A stretch of 62,986 bases of DNA, counting the filler, from Conidiobolus incongruus B7586 (Eukaryota): NCBI GenBank assembly GCA_000697335.1. It is 19 parts of 19 records of this genome, joined end to end, with 100 filler letters (N's around TTAATTAATTAA, not from the genome) between each part and the next. Parts side by side here need not be neighbours in the genome. Positions count along the whole stretch, not along the records: positions 36,134 to 40,517 come from JNEM01000429.1; positions 40,618 to 43,511 come from JNEM01000430.1; positions 43,612 to 46,377 come from JNEM01000431.1; positions 46,478 to 49,240 come from JNEM01000432.1; positions 49,341 to 51,455 come from JNEM01000434.1; positions 51,556 to 54,263 come from JNEM01000435.1; 13 more parts are not named here. One strand, written 5' to 3'. A model generated the notes under the pieces. That model made no database searches and had not been told where the DNA came from. It was given only the letters and a program-made list of their open reading frames with translations. This document shows, piece after piece, positions 39,656 through 52,293 of this stretch. The translations under genes were made by a program, and so were the position numbers. Positions within the stretch are counted from its first letter, which is position 1. Each line of letters starts with the position of its first letter.

Positions 39656-41393
39656 TTTGAATTAAACAATTAATAATATATTAATTTTAAGATAAGATAT
39701 TTCCAAGAGAATTTTACATAATTTAAGAGTATTTATATAGAATTTTTAAAGTTTCACAAAATTTAAAAAAAAACTCCAATAATTCTAAGAGGGTTTGATT
39801 TAATTTTCAAATGAAAATTTTTGTAAGTGAACTTTAGGAATAGTATTTTTAGTATGACTTTATAACATGACATTTTCGATGAACTGATATAGATATTTGA
39901 CGTGTTATATTGTCGTAGTATTTAATTTTTGAAAATTGGAAATTTCTCATAAAATAAAAATTTCTTGAGTTTAAAAATCTAAATCACATGTTAATTTATC
40001 AATTAATTAACGATTCCTAAATTGTTAATTAAATGATAAATTGTTCAGAAAGGTAATATAGGCGAAAAATTTGAAATTATACTATAAGGTGGTAATGATT
40101 GTGGTGTCTACGAATACAATAACAATATCACAATACAATGTTAAATTTCCACAATTAAATAAAAAATTCCAAGGTTTTCACTCATATTGGTATTTAATAT
40201 TTTTTTGATTACTAACTATATAAAAAATTTTTAAATGTTGAAGATCAAATTTGAGTTTTCCGATTTCATCCGTTATGAAATCACCACAGTTTTAAAATCA
40301 AAAATCAAATCATAATATGCATTAAAATTTAAATAAATTAAAATTATATTTTGATATTGTATATAGTTTATTATAATTATTTAATTACTAAAATGTTTAA
40401 ATATAAAATCAATATTATCAATATCAGTAAAATTTTTTTAATTTATTTTTATTAAAATATAATTTGAATTTATATATTTTTATTTATTATAGATTATTAA
40501 AAATATAAAAAATATATNNNNNNNNNNNNNNNNNNNNNNNNNNNNNNNNNNNNNNNNNNNNTTAATTAATTAANNNNNNNNNNNNNNNNNNNNNNNNNNN
40601 NNNNNNNNNNNNNNNNNAATAACTAAAAAAAATAATATATCTAAAATATTTCTTTTAATTATAACTTATATAATTATAATTGTTTTAGGTAATTAAAAAA
40701 TTAATTTATAAAAAAATTTCTATAGGAAAATTTAATTATTTTATAAATATTAAAACTTTCTTAAAAATATAGCAAAAAGTTCTTAAAAATAAAAGACAAT
40801 ATTAATTTTATATTATATATTTATTTTTATAAATTATATTTTAAAATATTTATTTTGTTTAATCATAAAAAATTCATATTATTTAAATTACTAAATAATA
40901 TTAATAAAGATTCTACTAATTTTATTGTTTCTTGGTATAATATTCAAAATTCAAAACTAATAGTAATAACTAAGATATTAATTAAGATTTAATTTATATC
41001 AATAATATATTCAATATGATTCAAATATAAAGTCATTTATATTGTATTGGTATAAAAAAAGGAAAGAATATATTGATATTTAAAATAAATCGTTGATAAT
41101 TGATTTTTTGAACATTATCTCAATTGATATTCTAATGTTAACTACGTATTAAGTATATATAGTGACTATATTCTCAATATGTAATTAATAAATTAAATAC
41201 ATTTTAATAAAAATTACATGGATAAGATATTTTAAATTTTGAACTAAAATAATTTGAACTCAATTTAATGAAAATAGAAATAAAGTTGAATGTGTAGTTT
41301 GAATAAAAAGCGAAATGAGGATATATTCAAAAGTAAAAATTCTGATATTTAGTAATGAATTGATTAATCTACAAACCCAATGAGTATAAAATA

Positions 41394-42350
41394 TTAGATC
41401 AAGGAGACTCTCGTTCTGACTAGACCTCCTCGATAGTTTTTTAGTGGTAAAGGCTTTCTTTGAAGTCTTCTAAATGCTTCATGAATATCGGCAGGTTGTA
41501 ATGGAGTTTGGTCAGTTTTTGGAGCAGAAAAGAGAGAAGAAACTTTGCTAGTGTCGCCAGCTTCGGATGAAATAGTAGGATCATCGGGGCTTCCAGGTGG
41601 CATTAGTAGTTCTCTTTCAGCCTTGACTTTAAGTGCACATTCCGTCAAATTGCTAACCATTTCAAATGTCAAAAATCCCAAGATATCAATGATATCATCG
41701 TTAGGCTTGAGATCTGTATAGGTTGACATATGACACCAGTCTTTGAATTTTTTTGCTTTTCTGAATGTAAATGAAGCTTGTCTACATTCGGAATAGTGGA
41801 CATACTCATCTTTGCTCATAACTTTGGTTACATTATCTGCGTGACGAAGTCTTAACATTGAGTCTCGATAAGCTTCAATGGAATCTTCATCTTCATCTTC
41901 GGAATCTGATGGAATGACGTCCAGGAAACTATTAGCCAGTTCCCAAGATAACTTAATTTTCATTTTCTTGACCTTTTGAGGTTTATCCAAATTATCGTCT
42001 AGCAAGTCTTCACCAGCTCCACCAACTGGATCCGAGCTTTCTTTCGCATTTTTTCTAATATCTTTCCAGCTCAAATAGACTCTCAAACGATTTACTTTAG
42101 CCCTATCGTGTCGAATTAAAAAGATAAGGTCTTCGGGAACAATGACCTTAGATCCTTTAGCAGCTAATTGTTTATCTATTAGGATTAAAATTTCAATAAC
42201 TTGACTCCTTACAATATCCTCGATAAGCATAGTGGTTTCTAGTAAGGGATCCGAGACTTCACCAAACACATATAACATTTGTTGAATTTCGGATGTGTAT
42301 TTATAATTAGATGTAGTTTCAGAATTGGTAATAGGATTTATATCTTCCAT
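41394..42350 (-). CDS. SPT3: SAGA complex subunit Spt3, 318 aa
   Basis: KYTSEIQQMLYVFGE, EDLIFLIRHDRAKVNRL..YLSWKD.RK, MSKDEYVHYSECRQASFTFRK.KKF, DDIIDILGFLTFEMV and PLQP.DIHEAFRRLQ. Confidence 0.97.
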   Translation of the reverse strand: MEDINPITNSETTSNYKYTSEIQQMLYVFGEVSDPLLETTMLIEDIVRSQVIEILILIDKQLAAKGSKVIVPEDLIFLIRHDRAKVNRLRVYLSWKDIRKNAKESSDPVGGAGEDLLDDNLDKPQKVKKMKIKLSWELANSFLDVIPSDSEDEDEDSIEAYRDSMLRLRHADNVTKVMSKDEYVHYSECRQASFTFRKAKKFKDWCHMSTYTDLKPNDDIIDILGFLTFEMVSNLTECALKVKAERELLMPPGSPDDPTISSEAGDTSKVSSLFSAPKTDQTPLQPADIHEAFRRLQRKPLPLKNYRGGLVRTRVSLI

Positions 42351-43870
42351 CTCTTATACCAAATTTTATTATATAAAAATAGACCAGCTGAATTAGCTTT
42401 TGTTGATATTATCACAAGATATTGTTAGTTATTTTATTCTGACATTGAGACATGGTATTTGGATTCATTTAAAAAAATATAACCTTAATTCTGTTATGGG
42501 ATTGATTAAAGTAAATTCAAAATAGAATCAATTGTTAGTACATGAAAAAATTTTTCCTTTTTTCAAGTCTTAAAAATAATTTGTTGATAGGCCAATGAAC
42601 TATAGATAGTATTTATGGTTTCAATATCCAATATATATTATAAATTTTTACTTAATATTTACCGATATATAAATAAACTTGAAATAATACTCTTTTTAAT
42701 CTGAATTATGAAAATTATTAGCCAGTAATATATTTCAAAATTATTATTTTGATTTCAGATTAATCTTTTATATAATGGTAAAAAATATTTTACAATTATT
42801 ATATTCTCAAAAAAATTAATCAACATAATTATATGAAATTGATTCTTATTACCTAAAATATATTTATTCATTCAGCCAATATTTAATTTAAATTATTTAT
42901 TTTGTAATCAACAATTAAGCATTTTGATTTTTAATCTTGACTATTATATTTAAATACTATATATTGCAGCCTGTTAATATTACTCAAATCTAAGTACTAT
43001 TATTAAAACCTATTTTAATTTATTTTTGCTATTATGTCTCTAAAATTAGAGTGTCTAAATCAGTTAATAAGCCCTTTTGTAATTATCTTATCATTAAAGT
43101 TATATATTGATTATAACTGAATACCTTGAATTAAAATAAATATCCATAATTAATATATTTAAATTCATATATAAAATGAGTAAAATTGATTATATATGAT
43201 TTAAAGAAGCATAAGACAATATTATTAACTTAAAATAATTGATATCCACTAGGATATAAAAAACATAAATTTATTCTAAAACTTGAATAAAAAAAATAAA
43301 TTCTTTATAAATATATAAAATAATAAAATATATTATATATATAATTAGGATAAAAGTAAGATAATTAATATTAAAATTAATTTTATATATCAAAATATTT
43401 TATCATTAGTATATTATAGTATATATCTAGAATAGTAAATTATTATAAAGATTATTGATAATATAAAAATTAAAGTTTAATAAAAATATTAATTTAGAAA
43501 TTAAATAATATNNNNNNNNNNNNNNNNNNNNNNNNNNNNNNNNNNNNNNNNNNNNTTAATTAATTAANNNNNNNNNNNNNNNNNNNNNNNNNNNNNNNNN
43601 NNNNNNNNNNNTGTATTTAATAAAAAAATATTAGTTTTATATTATATATTATTTTTTTAATTTAGGTATTAATAATATTATTAATAATAATTATAAAATA
43701 CTAATATATTATATTAAATAAATTATATAGTTTTTAAAATAATTCACCAAAACTTCTAATATTAGATTAAAAGTTGATTTTAAAAAAATATTATAATTTG
43801 AATATTTTTTATAATTTTATTATTTATCCTATCATTTTATTCCAATCTTTTGTTTGGATATCAAAATAAT

Positions 43871-43939
43871 AAAATAAACAGATAAAAACTATATAAGTCA
43901 TATATATTATGACTTATATAGTTTTTATCTGTTTATTTT
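43871..43939. repeat. Perfect 32-bp inverted repeat with a 5-nt loop
   Basis: AAAATAAACAGATAAAAACTATATAAGTCATA (43871-43902), loop TATAT, then its exact reverse complement (43908-43939). Confidence 0.95.
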
Positions 43940-44731
43940 TTATTCAAACATAATTTTGATAATGCATTCAAAATAATTTTTATACAAATTCAAACAGAAA
44001 ATAAAGCTCATATATAAATTATTACATTGGAAATTGGCCTATATAAAATGTCGAATAAATTATAATTTAAATTTATATGGATAATATTTGATCTAGAATA
44101 AGGAACTAATTATGTCATATAATTTTTAAGAAATATAATTAATATTAAAAGATATTATAATTGTAAAGATACTATCATATAAAATAGTTTAATAGTATCA
44201 AATATAATGATAAATAAATATTGTTAAATTATTAAATAATTTTTGAATATTATCAGTTATCATTAAAATAAAGTTAAATTTTAAAATGATTTCAATTATG
44301 AAGATTTAAAATAAATAAATAAAAATGATATTTGTATAAATTTATTTCAAAATAAAAATGCTTAAATTATAAAAATATTAGAATTTAATATTAGGAGAAT
44401 AAAGTTATAAAAATTGTGACAAAGTATAATATAAAAAATTATTATTAAAATTAAATTGAATTAAAACTAGATCAATGAAGTGTAATTCAATAAAAAAAGT
44501 GAAATCATTTAATAGTAAAATGTAGATTTAAAATAATGATGTAAAAATTGTTATGTACTCAATGTCAAAATAATTTAAAATCTAAATTCATCTGTTAAAC
44601 TGAGAGTAAAAATTGATTTATTAATTTTTAACCTAAAAAATTTCAATAAAATGGATTAATTATCTAATCAACGAAGAATTTAATAAATCTAATATTACCT
44701 TATTAATTCAATTTGACAAAATTAACAAGAT

Positions 44732-44938
44732 TTATTTGGTACGTTGCCAAACGCAAGACAAGACGGGCAGGGAGGAGGCGAAAAGGCAGACAGCAACGTA
44801 TTTGATGGCGAAAGCACGCTTGTTGGTAGTCTTGAAGGGCAAGTTGTTACCGTTGTCGTTGTTCCAGTGATGGTGGTCACTGCGCAAAAGTCTTTGGCGG
44901 AGGGCGGCAGATCTGGATAAGGCGGCACGAGTCAACAT
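44732..44938 (-). CDS. COX8: Cytochrome c oxidase subunit VIIc (fungal Cox8), 68 aa
   Basis: Arg-rich presequence MLTRAALSRSAALRQRLLRS, then H...GNNLPFK, one hydrophobic helix and the ending P......Q..K, as in COX7C and yeast Cox8. ATG preceded by an A-run. Confidence 0.85.
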   Translation of the reverse strand: MLTRAALSRSAALRQRLLRSDHHHWNNDNGNNLPFKTTNKRAFAIKYVAVCLFASSLPVLSCVWQRTK

Positions 44939-47364
44939 TTTTTTCACTATAATTTCTTGTAAATAGCTTATGGATCTAGTCTCCTAATTCCATTAAAATT
45001 TTAATTTTGGGAATTTTATTCAATCTTTATGGGATTATTTGACAAATTCTTAAAATAGACACCTGAATTATTAAATTCCTTTTCTCCATTCATCTTTATT
45101 AAAATTATTTAATTTTAATATATCATTTTCAACATATAAAATATAATTTCAAACCTTTAAATACATTACATTATTATTCACTAATTGAACTTATTATTGA
45201 TATTCTTATTTGGGGATACTGCATTTTTCAAACGGAATATTGAGTCAGTAAATATTAACAAAATTAAATTTAATACCTGATGCAAAATCCAGCATTTACC
45301 AATGTTGAAGTTTTTTTTTCAATAATTTAGAATAGATTTAACAAACTTTATAATTTATTAATTTATTGACAATTATTAATATATATTAATTCAAATCATA
45401 TAATTATTCACATCAATGGTATATTAATATTGATATTTCAAAATCACAATAAGATCATGAAATATATTTTCAATATATATTTTATATTATTCATATATTC
45501 AATAATGTTGAGGTAATACCTTGGGTTATAATTAAATCATTTTTTATTAATTAATAAATTAAGTTATTGAATACTAATTATTTTATATCAATTATATTTA
45601 GCGTGTCTAATATCCTGATATTTTAAAAATAAATTAATATACTGTATAAAAATCATCATATTAATGACAAATATAGGAATGTTTGAGACGAGCTATTTTT
45701 AATAATCATAAATTGAAAAAGTTGATTTTTTTTAATTTTTCAACAAAATATAAGTTTGTATTATTACAAAATGTGGGGTAGTTATTAATAAAATATTCGA
45801 ATATTATTAATATTGAATATATTCTATCAAATGCTATATAATCTTGTTAGAATGAATGAGCAAATTGGCCAAATAACAATTCAAATTGAAAATTTATTTT
45901 TAAAATATATATAGTAAATAATATATATTAAAAAAATTTATAATTTCTGGATTTCTTAAATATTGCTTTAAATTTTAAGTAATAGCAGTTTTAGAATCAA
46001 ATATTTTATTTAATTTTCAATTCCAAGGTAACAAAAAATATAATATTTTATAATATTAATTGCTTTCATTTATTTTTCATACCTTTTGCTATAATTTTGA
46101 CAAATCTTTAATACTTAAATAATAGCTTGTTTTACTAATAACTAATATTTAATATACTATTAATTAATTTTGTTTGCCAAAATTACTATTATATAAGAAT
46201 ATTTTTTAATTATTTAAACTAATTATAATAATACAAACCATAGTCCAATGATTATAATAGATCTAATAGTATTTTTATTTTTTCTTAGAAATATTTTTTA
46301 GTTTTAATTTTATATAGTTTATATATAATATAGAATAATAGATATAATTAATATATACTAAGATTAATACTAGAAATNNNNNNNNNNNNNNNNNNNNNNN
46401 NNNNNNNNNNNNNNNNNNNNNTTAATTAATTAANNNNNNNNNNNNNNNNNNNNNNNNNNNNNNNNNNNNNNNNNNNNTTAAAAGATAAAAATAATATACT
46501 TATATTAGCTTTTTTATCCTTTATAATAATTTAATTATATTTTTTTTAACTAAAAGTTCATTTATTATATATTTTTTAATTTTATAGCAAAATTATTATA
46601 TAAACATATACATGATTTAAACCTTTATAACTCTAAAGAACCAATAATTCTACTTTAAAAAATTTTCAAATATAGCCATATTAAATAAAAATATTCAAGT
46701 TTAAAATGATTTGAATTTGTTATAAATTGAATTAACATAAAACCATTAAAGTTTATATTATTTATATATAATTAAATCATTTTAATATAATATCATTCTT
46801 AGATATTGACTCTGTCATATTTATAGTTTAGGCATTTATTTATTGCAAAGTAATTCCTGTAAAATAAATAATATAAAAGGTAATTCAAACATACAAATTT
46901 TAAATTTATAATATATTTATATAGTTTTATATAAAAGATTTGTTAATAAAGAAATTAATATATAATAAAAACTTAATATAATTACATTTAATAAAAAACA
47001 TCAATAAAAATTTATATAATACTTGAATATTTAATTAAAAGAATTTCAAAATTAATAAGTAAAAACGATTCTGAATATTTTGAATTGTCCATTTAATTAT
47101 TCAAAATCAGAAAGTTTAATATATCATTGAAACATAATTTTCTGTAATTGTAAAAATGTATTAAATTATATTGGATTTATCAAAAATGTTTAATCATGTA
47201 ATAATAAGGATATATTTGATATTATCAATCTGATTATTTTATAATAAATTAATGTCACCTTTTTGCTATTATTCAATATTTTATTGATAAAATTTATAAT
47301 ATGAATTATGGATTCAAAAAATTTCGGTTATATTAAATATATTTTTAATTTTCAAAAATGCTAA

Positions 47365-47783
47365 TGTAAGGATATGATGTCATTTTAAGGGCGTAAAGAG
47401 ATTATTGCATAATATCTACACGTCCCGAGAAAGCCGTGTCCAGATTAATTTAGATAAATGAAAGAGATTTGGGGAATTCCAGGTAAGTGTTAGGGTGATA
47501 GGGGTTTATTGGTTTAAGCCAAATAGCTAGGATGGCCTAGATAGAGCTCGTCTGTTCGAGGATAACTCTGATTCCTGATTTTATATAGTGTGAGTTGGGT
47601 AAGGTGATTCATGAGATTCTCCGGTGACTTGCATCATTGGCCAATTAAAAGATAGAGCGGGAGTAGATGGTATGCAAGAGAGAAATGATTTTAACATTAG
47701 GCTGATGTAAGAATACTTAGGTAGAAGGGAGTCACCTGACTGCTGAATATATGATTTGCAATTCGTTTTATATGCAAATTACA
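47365..47783 (-). mobile_element. Probable solo LTR, 419 bp
   Basis: GC island with inverted termini TGTAA...TTACA and flanks CTAA/CCAA (4-bp TSD with one C/T difference). On the minus strand, TATATAAAA (47587-47579) is followed by AATAAA (47510-47505). Confidence 0.7.
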
Positions 47784-50193
47784 CCAAATATTTAAAAGAT
47801 TAGATATATAACATATCACGTAACAGTATTAAAAATTATATATATTTATATCATATTATAATAACCAATAAAATTATAACTACACAAAAACTATTTCTTA
47901 TCACTTATATAAACAATAAATTTTTAATAATTTTCCTTCATAAATACCATCATGATTATAATCAATAATATATATAACTTGGTAATTCTTTTTAATACTT
48001 ATTCCAATAAATACCAGAAGTATTATTTTTAACATTGATTTTGGAAACATATATATCATCATTTTTGATGATTATTTCATAATAGATATAGTATCCTGAA
48101 ATACATAAGAAATTATTAATATATGGATAATATCTGATAATAGCAAATTTAAAATTCGTATTAGAACTTAAATTAAGGTTTAATAATAAAAATTATATCG
48201 TTGTTTGGAATTATATATCGTTAAAGATTAAATATCCTAAATGGTTAAAATTAAATATATAGCCTATATTACCATTTTTTGAAGTTTATAAAAATTTCTC
48301 ATCAAAAGCCAATATTAGATAAAAACGTATTAAAATCAATTTAATAATTAAATTTTAAAATCCTCAAAATTATATATATGATTATATAAATCACACTTAA
48401 TAATAATTACTTGGTTTTACACTAGGTTATTTCAAAATATTAATTATTTAGAGTTAAAATTTATATAAAATATTCAAGTTTGATTAGTTTAAGATATATT
48501 AATTACATAATATTCATCAAATTTTGAAGTTTATAAAATAATTGTTTATAATATAGTAATTCAATTTCCTTGAATAATTATTATTTATTTGATCGTTAAA
48601 GATTATAGTTAAGTTTGAATTAAATATCTATAAAATAATCTTTGAATTAATTTTAATTAATTTAAAACAACTTTTATATCTTATATAATAGATTTTATCA
48701 TTAAAACCCATATAAATTTTGAATATATTATAAGATATTGAGAAATTGATTTCAAAGATCAAAAGGATATGACTAATATTATCAATAAAGAAATTAACTC
48801 TAAAATAAATAATAAAGATAGATAATTATTTATTTCAATTAAATTCATTATATATGATAAATTATTTAGGTATCTAAATTAATTCATTTTTTAAAAAAAG
48901 AATATATTATATAAAATATATGTTTTCTAGATATTTAACTATAAATAACAGATGAATAAATTTAATTAAACGTTCTAGATAATGTGAATATTATTTTTAT
49001 TATAATATTTAATAATTCACAGTATAATTTTATATATTATTATTTTATTTTGATTTCTAATATAATTTCTGATATTTATAAATAGTTTATAGACTTATTT
49101 TATTCAATAATAAAATCAAATATTTTAAAAACATATTATAAAAATTTTAAGAAAATATAAAATTACTCAAAATCACAGAATTTTAAATTATTGCTTAATC
49201 AAATAAACAGCATTAATTATAGTATTATATTATATAAAATNNNNNNNNNNNNNNNNNNNNNNNNNNNNNNNNNNNNNNNNNNNNTTAATTAATTAANNNN
49301 NNNNNNNNNNNNNNNNNNNNNNNNNNNNNNNNNNNNNNNNTTATATCTTTATAACTAAATTAATTATATAAATAATATTGAATTATTTAATAAACTAGTT
49401 TTTTTTTAATTTTTACTATTTCTTATCTTTTTCATTATTTTTGAGATTAAAACTATATCCTATTAATATTATAATATATTAACATTATATAATATAAATC
49501 TTAATATATTAATGACTTATCTTAATTTGATGTTTAATTAAACTTTATTTATATTTACATATTATAGTTTTATTATAGTATTATATTTTATGTCATATTA
49601 CTCTTTTATTATAGTTTTCTTTTATACTATATTGGTATTTTATTATTATGTTTATATAATAACAATAATAAAATTATTAAAAATCTATTAAAATTAATAA
49701 TTATTTATATTTAATCTATTTATTACTATTTTAAATTTTATTTATAACTTAATTTATCTAAATTTAATACTATACATTATAATAACATTAAAAAAAGATA
49801 CCCTTATATTATTTTAATAATAATAATAGTTTTATTACTAAGTGAATTTAAGATTTTAATTTATAAAAATTTTTTATCTTTTAAGGAACTAATATTAAAT
49901 AACTTTTGGTTAAGAAAAAAATAATTTAAAAAGCTAAAATCTAACAAACTAACTATTTCAGTATTATTAACATATTAAATCACTTATTTAAGGTTTTTAA
50001 AGATAAATTAACTACTTATAATAGTTTTAAAAACCTCTACAAGCTTAAAAATTATTCTTAAAAATATAAAGAATTATCTTGATATAATCTTTGATAAAGA
50101 TTTAAAAAATATCTTTAAAGTTAATCACTTCTTTTTTTGAAAAATCTATTTACATTTAGTAGTTTATTTATTATAAGTTTAATCTTAAAAAAT

Positions 50194-51270
50194 CTTTAAG
50201 GGGATAAATTAATATAATAATATAAATCTTTAAATAGTTCAAAAAAGCTTTTAAAAAAATATTATTTAAAAAATTAAATTTAATTAATAACAGAAAAGCT
50301 TTCTTAACTTAAATAAAAAACTTCTATAAAGTAATTAATTGAGAAGTTTAATCAGATATATTTAAATATACTAAATATTATTAAAGAAGAATAAATCTAT
50401 AAGCTATTATAATATTTTAATCCTTAAATAAAACTTTAGTTAATTATCAGGAAATATCTTAATAATATAATCTTTTCTAACATTTATGATATAATAATGT
50501 TGATTGATAATATCTTTTACTTTATAAGTAAATTTTTTTATCTTAAGAGTTAATTTTTTAAAACTTATTTTAACTTATTTAAATCTTAAATAATAAATAT
50601 TTCTATTTTAAAGCTTTATATGAAAACTTTTAGTAATATAGTTAAAGTTTATTTAAAAGTATATAAAAGTTACTATTATTGTTAAAAGACTTAAGTTAAC
50701 TATAAAGCTGATAAATATTCCCTTAAGAAGTAATATTTATCTAATTTTCAATAATTTTAATTTATTAATCATAAATCAAATTTAAATAATATTAATATAA
50801 CTTTAAAATTACCTCTTTTAAAATTAATTAGTACAATTTAATTTAATCCACAAAAATTCTAATAAACTAATGATTCTACAAATTAAATTATATATACTAA
50901 AGATATTTAACTAATTAAACTACTAGAAACTAAAAATATTATAATAACTAATTTATCTTATAATTCTTTAACTTTAATTATCACCATATTGTTTATTTTA
51001 ACTAGATATTTTATAAACACACTTGTTAATATTTTAATTAACTTTAATTATTTTAATTATATTATCTTTTCTTTTATTGTTTTAAAACTATTTTTACCTA
51101 TTTAAGAAAATATCTTAATAATCAAATATATTAATAATTTAATAAAACAAATATTTAATACTATATTTAAATATCTAACACTATTGTTTAACTAGTCCCA
51201 ATATATTAAATTTATAGTTAGGAACATTGGTTATAATTTTATACTAGGTTAAAATTAGTTTAAATATTAT
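50194..51270 (+). mobile_element. Hypermutated Ty3/Gypsy-type gag-protease relic
   Basis: One frame with no frameshift. Reverting T>C and A>G recovers the gag core L(Q)GD...(WW)...L.(Q)KTS(V)...EKF, (MD)IS, the knuckle (GC)..C(R)KT(Q)V(DH)KADK(CP) at ~50668-50721, protease LI(DSGCS) at 51034-51054 and Y(D)FILG.N(W) at ~51232-51258. Confidence 0.7.
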
Positions 51271-51555
51271 ATTTTTTTATTTATAAGTGTTATTTTAAAA
51301 AGTCACAAATCTATTTCTTTTATATTCTAAAAAAATTAATAGAATTAATTTTGAAAAAATTTATATTTTCTTATTATAAAATTACTAAATAGTTTACCTA
51401 ATACTAATTTTATAATTATATCAAATAACTTTATTATTATAAATTAAAATTAATANNNNNNNNNNNNNNNNNNNNNNNNNNNNNNNNNNNNNNNNNNNNT
51501 TAATTAATTAANNNNNNNNNNNNNNNNNNNNNNNNNNNNNNNNNNNNNNNNNNNN

Positions 51556-52291
51556 TAATAATAAATAATTATTTTATAATTATTGAGTTAATTTTACCTT
51601 TAAATATAATAATAGGTTAATTATTATTTAGGGACATATATTATCAATTTGTATAAATTATCCTTATAAGGTAAATAAGGGATTTAATACTAAAATATAC
51701 CTAAGTATCTTAAATAATATATCACCAAACTATTGAATAGTTATGGTTAAATAAATTTAATACTATTTTCTATTAAGTCAGTATTTTTATTAAAAAATAA
51801 CGTCTATTACTAAATTACTTAAATAATAAGATAATAGTTATAATGTATTTTTTTTAATTTTTTAACCTTAGTTTAATTAAATTATTTATAATTAATAAAA
51901 GAATATTAGAATTATTTTTATAATTAATTGTATAAATTAATTTAAGAAATATAATTAAGAAATATAAAATAAAATTAGATTTTATCAGTGTAAAAAGTTA
52001 ATTAACTTCATACCTGATAAAAAATAAAAATTAGAAAAATTAAAGATAGAAACACTAAGTTTTAATTTTTTTATTAACAAAACTAATTGATTATAATTTA
52101 TCTTAAATAAAATTTCAAGGTTGATATTTTATCTAATTAATAACAAAATAAAATCATTTAATAATTCAGAATATAAATTAAAATATATAATGTTAATTAT
52201 TTATTCTAAGTTAACTATATTAAGTATTAATTAAGTTATTAATATAAATATAAATGATTTAGATTTTATAATTTATTCTAGTAGGATAATA
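51556..52291 (+). mobile_element. Tc1-like (DD34E) DNA transposon, copy A: 3' half with right end, hypermutated
   Basis: AAA TAT AAT AAT AGG TTA ATT ATT ATT TAG GGA corresponds to KHGGGSI.IWG. The C-terminal K(GG)NTKF* ends at 52065. The right terminal repeat ends at 52291 and is followed by TA. Confidence 0.8.
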
Positions 52292-52293
52292 TA

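Noticed and set aside
44722..44928. 68-aa Thr/Pro/Cys ORF
   Set aside because: It is an alternate frame of COX8, whose frame has the presequence, NLPF motif and membrane helix.
24735..44938. Apparent metabolic or mitochondrial cluster (malate synthase, frataxin, peroxidase, Cox8)
   Set aside because: The genes sit on different contigs joined by artificial spacers, so linkage is unsupported.
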